Positions 49,653 through 55,891 of a stretch of DNA of 55,891 bases are shown piece by piece. The stretch's first letter is position 1; the number at the start of each line of letters is the position of its first letter. The stretch is taken from positions 1 through 55,891 of the forward strand of contig JBHIFL010000018.1 in the NCBI GenBank assembly GCA_046761065.1. The letters run 5' to 3'. Source of the DNA: Candidatus Heimdallarchaeota archaeon (GTDB taxonomy: Archaea > Asgardarchaeota > Wukongarchaeia > Wukongarchaeales > JBHIFL01). The position numbers and the translations under genes were made by a program. Below the pieces are notes generated by a model, which saw only the letters and a list, made by a program, of their open reading frames with translations, did no database searches and was not told the origin of the DNA.

Positions 49653-51005
49653 TCAAGTAAACATTAATATCCTTTTCTTTACTCTGCGGAGGTGTTCATT
49701 GACCTTAATTTCATATTCTGAGCTGGCAACTACTTTGCTGAACCATTCTTTGCTATGCTCAAGTTCGAGTGTGGTACCTGTCCAGCGCCAAATCCTCAGC
49801 TGACTCTTGAAGGGTGTTTCCTGAGGAGGAGGCTGATTGCCTATTATGATTCCTCGGTCAGCAGTTCCAACAAGTCCGCCGGTGATCAGCTCGGAGCCGC
49901 CGTCGCCATCCACATCCCCTACTGCAACCGACCAAACCGCGGTATCTCCGTCTGTGGCCCATTCTTCACTCTGTTCCAGGTGGAGTGTGGAGCCGGTCCA
50001 GTGCCAAATCCGCAGCTGTCCCTTAAAGCGTGTCCAAACGCGGGCCCGACCGCCGGTGATGATCTCAGGTATGCCGTCCCTATCCACATCCCCTACCGCA
50101 ACCGATCGAGCATATGTATCGCCTTTAGTGGCCCATTCTTCACTCCATTCTAGTGAAAGTGTACCTTCAGTCCAGTTCCAGATCCTTAGTTGACCTCTAA
50201 GGCGTGTACCAGCATCAGCCGATCCACAAGTTATGAGTTCGAGGGCACCGTCCCTATCTACATCTCCCACACAAACAGAATTTACCCTTGTATGGTATCC
50301 TGTTGCCCATTCTTCACTATGTTCCAAGGTGAGTTCGGAACCTGTCCAGTGCCAAATCCGCAGCTGTCCCATTAGACCTACCTCTGGACCATCGAGATTG
50401 AATCCCCCGGTAATGAGTTCGGGTACGCCATCACCATCCACATCACCTATTGCCACTGATTGAACATTTGTATCATCTCCGGTGAGCCATTCTTCGCTCC
50501 ATTCCAGGGTCAGGGCACCCCTTATCCAGTGCCATATCCTTAACTGACCATAAAGGCCGCCTGTACCAATATTAGCCCATCCACTAGTGATGAGTTCAAG
50601 GATGCCGTCTCCATCTCCATCCCCAACCATAACAGAATAAACTTTTGCACCGCGTCCTGTGGCCCATTCTTCGCTATGTTCTATGTTGATTGTGGTACCA
50701 GTCCAGTTCCAAATTTTAAGTTGCCCTTTAGGTAGTGGGCTATAAACTGTTGTTCTGCCTGCTGTGTACCATTCTGGACTCGAAAGATCACCACCAGTGA
50801 TGATTTCGGGTATGTTATCGTTATCCACATCTCCCAACGCAATAGACCGAACCGCAATGCCGCCTCTCCCGTACCATGCTTCACCAAATGACCATGCCGT
50901 CTTTTTTTCGATGCATCCTAGCGTGCTGAGAACCAGCAGGGTAATAACAGCCGCTATATGTGTTGCTCTCGAACTGAATGTGACGTTTCGTGTCTTTCGA
51001 TATAA
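49653..51005 (-). CDS. FG-GAP/VCBS-repeat beta-propeller lipoprotein; start codon non-canonical or mutated (TTA)
   Basis: Six GDVDxDGxxE(I/L)ITGG...GQLRIWxW...LExSEEW repeats. The frame extends 56 codons upstream of the track start through a signal peptide with an LGC lipobox. Confidence 0.8.
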   Translation of the reverse strand, partial: LYRKTRNVTFSSRATHIAAVITLLVLSTLGCIEKKTAWSFGEAWYGRGGIAVRSIALGDVDNDNIPEIITGGDLSSPEWYTAGRTTVYSPLPKGQLKIWNWTGTTINIEHSEEWATGRGAKVYSVMVGDGDGDGILELITSGWANIGTGGLYGQLRIWHWIRGALTLEWSEEWLTGDDTNVQSVAIGDVDGDGVPELITGGFNLDGPEVGLMGQLRIWHWTGSELTLEHSEEWATGYHTRVNSVCVGDVDRDGALELITCGSADAGTRLRGQLRIWNWTEGTLSLEWSEEWATKGDTYARSVAVGDVDRDGIPEIITGGRARVWTRFKGQLRIWHWTGSTLHLEQSEEWATDGDTAVWSVAVGDVDGDGGSELITGGLVGTADRGIIIGNQPPPQETPFKSQLRIWRWTGTTLELEHSKEWFSKVVASSEYEIKVNEHLRRVKKRILMFT

Positions 51006-51512
51006 GGTTGTTCACCTCTTTTTATAAGAAAACTGTTTCTTTAAAAAATTTTATTTTTTCACTATTCAGTTCTATGTTTTTGTTAACAAGAGTGGTAGGC
51101 AAATTATCATAAGTTGACATTCTTGGTATCCCTTTTTTCCGCGATCAAATGACCTGAGAGGTAAGGACGAAACGTATAGTACTTAGACCTCACCATTTAG
51201 TTTCTAATAACAAGAAAAGGGTTCTATCCACCCCAAGCCCACACGGACTTAAAGTTTATCTGTGGAACATGCAAACTCCTGTCTCTAACCCTTTTTTCTT
51301 GTTTAACCGAACTATCAAGGAGGTTGTATGAATGCTCTACTCTAAAAATAAACACTAATTAATATTACTTATTGATTTACAATTTGAATTCAATGTAGTT
51401 GGATCTGTATGTAATTCTCTTTGAGAATATCTCTTAACAAAAGACATCAAGATGCCAATATTGAAATAAAGCTCTCCCTCTTGTTTCTTGTCGAAGACTA
51501 AGGAGGTTTTAT

Positions 51513-53066
51513 ATGGAATCTGTGGTGATTAATGGGGAATCTCTTTCTCTTGAAGAGATCATTGCTGTTGCGCGTCGTGGGGCACATGTTAATCTCACTC
51601 CTCGGGTAAAAGAACAAGTGGAGCAGGGACGAAAGGTCGTTCAGGAAATTCTTGAGAGTGGGAAGGTGGTCTATGGGATTAATACTGGGTTTGGAGAATT
51701 GGCTCGGGTGAAAATTCCAACAAATGAAACTGGTATCCTTCAGGAAAACATGATCCTCAGTCATTCAGCTGGAGTGGGACCTCCGCTGGATCCTGAAATT
51801 GTTAAAGCAACGATGCTCCTTCAGGTCAATTCTATTGCTAAAGGCCACACTGGTGCTAGGATAGTGATTTGTCAAACACTAATGGATATGCTCAACAATG
51901 GGGTTGTCCCAATTGTCCCAGCAAAGGGCTCAATTGGCGCAAGTGGTGATTTGGCACCTTTGGCACATATTGTCAGCGTCATGCTTGGGCATGGGGGAGC
52001 CCGAGTCGACGATGGAGCCTGTGTTAACGGAAAAACAGCTATGGATCGGGTAAAAATCCCCATCATCCGTCTAGAGGCGATGGAGGGCCTAGCACTAATT
52101 AACGGGACCCATATGATGACTGCCATCGGGAGTCTTGCCCTCTATGATGTTGAAAATCTTGTGAAAGCTGCAGAAATTGCAAGTATGATGAGCCTTGAAG
52201 CATTAAAGGGGACAGACACGGCGTTCGAAGAGAGAATCCATGCCCTTCGTCCCCACCCGGGGCAATTGGCTTGTGCGGAAAACTTACGAAAGCTCACACA
52301 GGCAAGCGAGAATCTCCAGAGCCACAAAGAATACGTCCCAGATGCACACGAGATCATTCAAGATAGTTACTCGTTGCGATGTATCCCTCAAGTGCATGGG
52401 GCTATTAGGGATGCGATAAGCTATGTTAAACGGGTAATCAAAACGGAACTCAACTCGGTGACGTGTAACCCTCTTATATTCCCAGAATCCTCTGTCAAAG
52501 TTTCCTTAGGCGGCAATTTTCACGGGCAACCAGTAGCATTGGCATTGGATGTGCTAGGCATCACCATAACGGAGCTTGGAAACATTTCAGAAAGACGGAT
52601 AAACCGCCTTTTAGATGCCCATCTGAGCAACGGGTTACCTCCTTTTCTGACAGAGAAAGCAGGCACCCATTCCGGCTACATGCTTGCTCAATATATCGCT
52701 GCAGCATTAGTATCGGAAAATAAAGTCTTAGCCACCCCAGCCAGTGTGGATTCTATACCTGTTTCGGCAAATACCGAGGACTACGTTTGTATGGGAATGC
52801 ACGCCGCCATGAAAGCAAGAACCATTATCGAGAACACAATGTGCATTATTGCTATCGAACTCTTATGCGCAGCACAAGCCCTTGATTTTCGTGCGCCCTT
52901 AAGGTTTGGGCGTGGAACGCAAAAAGCGTATGAAGTGATACGGCACGAAATCTCTCATCTTGAAGAAGACCGAGAAACCTACCGGGATATCAAGAAACTT
53001 GTTGAGATGATCCGATCAGGCACCATTGTTCGATTAGTGGAAGACATTGTAGGTCAGCTAAACTAA
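51513..53066 (+). CDS. hutH: Histidine ammonia-lyase
   Basis: VYGINTGFG, GASGDLAPL (MIO-forming ASG), INGT, QD.YSLRC.PQVHG, GNFHG and SERR motifs. Confidence 0.95.
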   Translation: MESVVINGESLSLEEIIAVARRGAHVNLTPRVKEQVEQGRKVVQEILESGKVVYGINTGFGELARVKIPTNETGILQENMILSHSAGVGPPLDPEIVKATMLLQVNSIAKGHTGARIVICQTLMDMLNNGVVPIVPAKGSIGASGDLAPLAHIVSVMLGHGGARVDDGACVNGKTAMDRVKIPIIRLEAMEGLALINGTHMMTAIGSLALYDVENLVKAAEIASMMSLEALKGTDTAFEERIHALRPHPGQLACAENLRKLTQASENLQSHKEYVPDAHEIIQDSYSLRCIPQVHGAIRDAISYVKRVIKTELNSVTCNPLIFPESSVKVSLGGNFHGQPVALALDVLGITITELGNISERRINRLLDAHLSNGLPPFLTEKAGTHSGYMLAQYIAAALVSENKVLATPASVDSIPVSANTEDYVCMGMHAAMKARTIIENTMCIIAIELLCAAQALDFRAPLRFGRGTQKAYEVIRHEISHLEEDRETYRDIKKLVEMIRSGTIVRLVEDIVGQLN

Positions 53067-53127
53067 TGGGTGCTCCCTCAAACGAGATCAAGCTAAATTC
53101 CCCACTCCCGTTACATACGGAATCTGC

Positions 53128-53538
53128 TTAATGACTTTTGCCAATAACATAGACTTCGACCTTTCTGGTTCGCGGCCTTGTCTCCGTTTCCACCCAGAAA
53201 ATGCTCTGCCAGGTTCCTAGGGCAAGCCTCCCTTTTTGTACAGGAACTACCTTACTAGGGGTTAGGAACATGGATCTCAGATGAGAAAAGGCATTTCCAG
53301 CATGATGATAACTTCTATTTGCAGGGATGAATTTCTCTACGAGTTCCTGGATATCTTGTTTCAAACGTGACTCGAATTCCGTGATGACAATTACCCCTGT
53401 AGCATGTCCAGCAAAAACCAGGGCAATACCTTCTTCTATTCCCGATTTACCAATGATATCGTCGACTTTTTTCGAAAGGTCTACGAAATCGAACTCTCCT
53501 CGCGTCGAAAAGGTAAAGGAGTCGGCAAATACCTTCAA
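53128..53538 (-). CDS. yjbQ: YjbQ/UPF0047 family protein
   Basis: H.T, GNA.SHLRS and LGTWQ.I motifs. Confidence 0.88.
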   Translation of the reverse strand: MKVFADSFTFSTRGEFDFVDLSKKVDDIIGKSGIEEGIALVFAGHATGVIVITEFESRLKQDIQELVEKFIPANRSYHHAGNAFSHLRSMFLTPSKVVPVQKGRLALGTWQSIFWVETETRPRTRKVEVYVIGKSH

Positions 53539-53755
53539 AGCAATGTCACCATTCTATTCAATTTGTATTTTTAGAGAACTCTATTCAAAATTTTAGGACT
53601 TCATTATCTATAAGTCAGTAATGTCTTTCTTTAGTTACTTCAAATCATTTGACCAATCGTCTGGGGTTCCTCACGTGGCTTCAATCGACATGATAAACTC
53701 TTTTGTATTTATGAATAAAGATCCAATAAGCACAATGATAGAAAGAGGCGTTTAG

Positions 53756-54238
53756 ATGAAGATCGGTGTGTTGGCTGACACTCACGTTAATGAGTTAGAA
53801 GATCTACCAAAAAAGGTGGTGGATGGGCTTACAGGCGTAGATCTTATTGTTCATGCGGGGGATTACACTGGTAAGGACCTATTAGACGGGCTGCGAAAGT
53901 TGGGAGATTTCAAGGGGGTTTTCGGTAACATGGACCCGCCTGAGATAAGATCGGAATTAAGGGCGGTCGAGGTGTTTGAGGTGGCTTGGGTTAGGATCGG
54001 TATCACCCACCCAGCGGAAGGGGGAGCTCCATTCAAATTGGCGAAACGGGTTCGAAAGAAATTCCAGCAAGTAGACATAATTATATTCGGTCACTCACAT
54101 TGGGTAAAAAACGAAATGAAAGATCATACCCTCTATTTTAACCCGGGAAGCACAATTGGTTCATTTCTCACGAGATACAAATCATATGGGATCCTTAAGA
54201 TTGATAATGGGATTGAAGCAAGGATAATAAAACTCTAG
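53756..54238 (+). CDS. Metallophosphoesterase (YfcE/MJ0936 family)
   Basis: DTH, HAGD, GNMD, GHSH and NPGS motifs. Confidence 0.92.
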   Translation: MKIGVLADTHVNELEDLPKKVVDGLTGVDLIVHAGDYTGKDLLDGLRKLGDFKGVFGNMDPPEIRSELRAVEVFEVAWVRIGITHPAEGGAPFKLAKRVRKKFQQVDIIIFGHSHWVKNEMKDHTLYFNPGSTIGSFLTRYKSYGILKIDNGIEARIIKL

Positions 54239-54341
54239 CGAAAATGTTAGACCAATCAAATTTTTATAATAAGCACAAACCGTAAAAACGCCATTATAAC
54301 CCTCCAATCCGACCTTTTGCCCTTCCTAAACGAATAGCGTT

Positions 54342-54808
54342 CGCTATCGCCATTCTCTCTGCATTATTAGTCTAGCGGTGATATCTTACCTCCACTATGG
54401 CTTATCCTTCCTGAAAGTCGCCGAACTCCACTATGGCCTCTTTAAACTTTCTGTATCACATGTTACAATTAAGAATTGGTTATATCTCTTCTGGAAGCAA
54501 TCGAAGAGATTTTAAAGGGGATTAAACCTGCCCATTTCCGGAAATGGGCATCTTGATGAGACGTTTATTAAGCTACAAAGCCACTGGTATTATGTCTTCA
54601 CTTTTTTAAACGAATGGTGGCGGATGCTCTTAACTTTACGAATTATACCGCGGCATTCGCGGCAAGCTGTGATTAAGGTCTTAAAAAAGGGTGGAAAAAG
54701 AAATTTGAGCGTCCCCAAAAATGATTGTCACAGATGGTTTGGCATCTTCCCCCCAAGCGATTCATCACGTGTTCCCGAGATCATCCGTCGAATAATGTGA
54801 TAGAACGA
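54342..54808 (+). mobile_element. Degenerate IS6-family transposase relic
   Basis: IISLAVISYLHYGLS...VSHVTIKNW, HLDETFIK...WYYVF, IVTDGL and NNVIER motifs spread over several frames with stops. Confidence 0.8.
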
Positions 54809-55002
54809 TTGGGCTGAGTAGAAAACTTGGGCCGAGTAGGAGGGAGTAAAAATAAGTATCCTATCTTAATGGATATTAGGATGTGTTTAGTAAGATACTT
54901 CCCCTAGACCATTGGTTTTATCAAGCCGTTTAGTTTCAGTACTAGGTCGCAAGAGAGATTATCTTATATAGGAACGGCCTACTTTGTAAGAGGGAGTAAG
55001 AG

Positions 55003-55218
55003 ATGAAATTCAAAGTTATTGTGATAGAGGATGAAGAGGACGGAGGCTATAATGTCAGTTGTCCTGCATTGCGGGGGTGCCATTCTCAAGGAGAAACCAT
55101 CGAAGAAGCACTGACCAATATTAAAGAGGCGATTGAAGCGTATCTAGAAAGCTTAAAGAAGGACGCGCTTCCGATTCCTAATGACCCCCAAATCCTCGAA
55201 GTGGACGTATCTGTGTGA
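55003..55218 (+). CDS. hicB: Short HicB-family antitoxin
   Basis: GGY.V.CP.L.GC.SQGETIEEA..NIKEAI..YL. Confidence 0.9.
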   Translation: MKFKVIVIEDEEDGGYNVSCPALRGCHSQGETIEEALTNIKEAIEAYLESLKKDALPIPNDPQILEVDVSV

Positions 55219-55400
55219 CGAAACTCCCCATTATTTCTGGCAAAAAGGTGGTGAAGGCCCTCTCCCGAGTGGGGTTCTTTGTGCATCATCAAAAAGGTAG
55301 CCACATCGTCTTACGAAGAAATGAAACGGGTAAAGTCACGAACCGTTCCAATAAAGCGCTGAAATCTTCGTGCTCTCGAATGCAATTCTTGGGCTTATAG
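55215..55400 (+). pseudogene. hicA: HicA toxin, frameshifted and truncated
   Basis: KLP.ISG..VVKAL...GF....QKGSH is intact. The TVP motif appears only in a shifted frame near 55342 and is followed by a stop; the C-terminal GTL..IL helix is absent. Confidence 0.8.
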
Positions 55401-55467
55401 AATCGGTTCTTTATTTCAAGGACCAACTTCAAATTATTAAATTGGGAATTTACTATTTTATGATTTT

Positions 55468-55891
55468 TTAGTACTGCCAAAAAATCGGAAAAAAGTCAAG
55501 CAACCCATGGGCTATGAATGGAGCTAGCAAACTCCCATAACGCTGTCTATAATATCCAAGAACAAACCCTAAAAGGGCAACTTTAGCTAAATCAAAGAGT
55601 AAGGTCGCTATGGAAGTAAATTGCCAAAACCCAATATGGGCAATTGAAAACAAAATAGCTTGAATGGCATTTGCCCTCCATTTTGGTGTCGCCAGTAACT
55701 CAAGTTTTGGTTGAAGATGCCCTCGATAGATGTTCTCTTCTTGCCATGAAGCCACCCCAAAGCTCACAACGAATAATATTACTGCCGCCCCAACATCAAA
55801 ATCAAACGTTGGCAAGCTTGTGAAGGTCATCCTAAAATTAACTAGGAAAAATAGCACAACCCCTAGAAGAACTCCATAAACGATATCTCTT
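55468..55891 (-). CDS. CPBP (CAAX protease/Abi) intramembrane metalloprotease, 5' end outside the window
   Basis: EENIYRG, FSIAH and AHG..D motifs. Confidence 0.85.
   Translation of the reverse strand, partial: RDIVYGVLLGVVLFFLVNFRMTFTSLPTFDFDVGAAVILFVVSFGVASWQEENIYRGHLQPKLELLATPKWRANAIQAILFSIAHIGFWQFTSIATLLFDLAKVALLGFVLGYYRQRYGSLLAPFIAHGLLDFFPIFWQY

Noticed and set aside
49740-50840. Repeats as a CRISPR array or DGR template/variable pair
   Set aside because: The repeats are in-frame protein repeats, with no reverse transcriptase, no cas genes and no constant repeat-spacer pattern.
51145-51200. Hammerhead-ribozyme-like or SECIS-like string CTGAGAGGTAAGGACGAAAC
   Set aside because: The core lacks the CUGANGA spacing, stem II cannot form beyond one pair, and the SECIS helix does not pair. 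At most it is a generic hairpin (GAGGT/ACCTC).
2732-54238. Genome-wide TAG reassignment (pyrrolysine code), suggested by in-frame TAGs and by in-frame neighbours at 2734/2741, 5358 and 6048
   Set aside because: Many genes end in TAG at their expected C-termini (vapC, padR, hutU, phosphoesterase). TGA and TAA interruptions also occur, and no pyl genes are in the window.
1-55891. tRNA, rRNA or CRISPR arrays
   Set aside because: No cloverleaf/T-loop signature, rRNA-like stretch or regularly spaced repeat was recognised by eye. tRNAscan-SE or Infernal would be needed to exclude small RNAs.

Overview
An archaeal chromosomal segment (GGAGG/GAGGTG ribosome-binding sites, many TTG/GTG starts, TreT, ADP-dependent kinase, thiolase plus DUF35, MNT-HEPN). 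It probably comes from a heterotrophic sediment lineage such as Asgard or Bathyarchaeia, but that taxonomy is an inference. In order, the window holds: (1) a complete IS with terminal inverted repeats and target duplication, inserted in a NosD-like beta-helix pseudogene; its transposase carries a canonical PCNA-binding PIP box. (2) A VapBC pair. (3) A PadR-linked lipid/acyl-CoA cluster: two SCP2 proteins, a nitroreductase-fold flavoprotein, two small ribbon-helix-helix (RHH) proteins of mirror-image architecture, 3-hydroxyacyl-CoA dehydrogenase, crotonase, SCP2-type thiolase and DUF35, with no acyl-CoA dehydrogenase. This is the best candidate for an undescribed system. (4) A peptide/amino-acid catabolic block. 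(5) A second VapBC pair. (6) A sugar cluster: ABC transporter, ADP-kinase, debranching-type glycosidase, GH1 relic, MalK, DUF5752 and TreT. (7) A polar amino-acid ABC transporter interleaved with a 2-hydroxyacid dehydrogenase/aconitase X operon, then hutU, larBCE, an FG-GAP lipoprotein and hutH. (8) An IS6 relic and hicBA. The ORF track misses several lesions: single in-frame stops, frameshifts, and two genes whose only plausible starts are ATA and TTA. No rRNA, tRNA or CRISPR array was recognised. All family calls come from reading motifs by eye, not from database searches.
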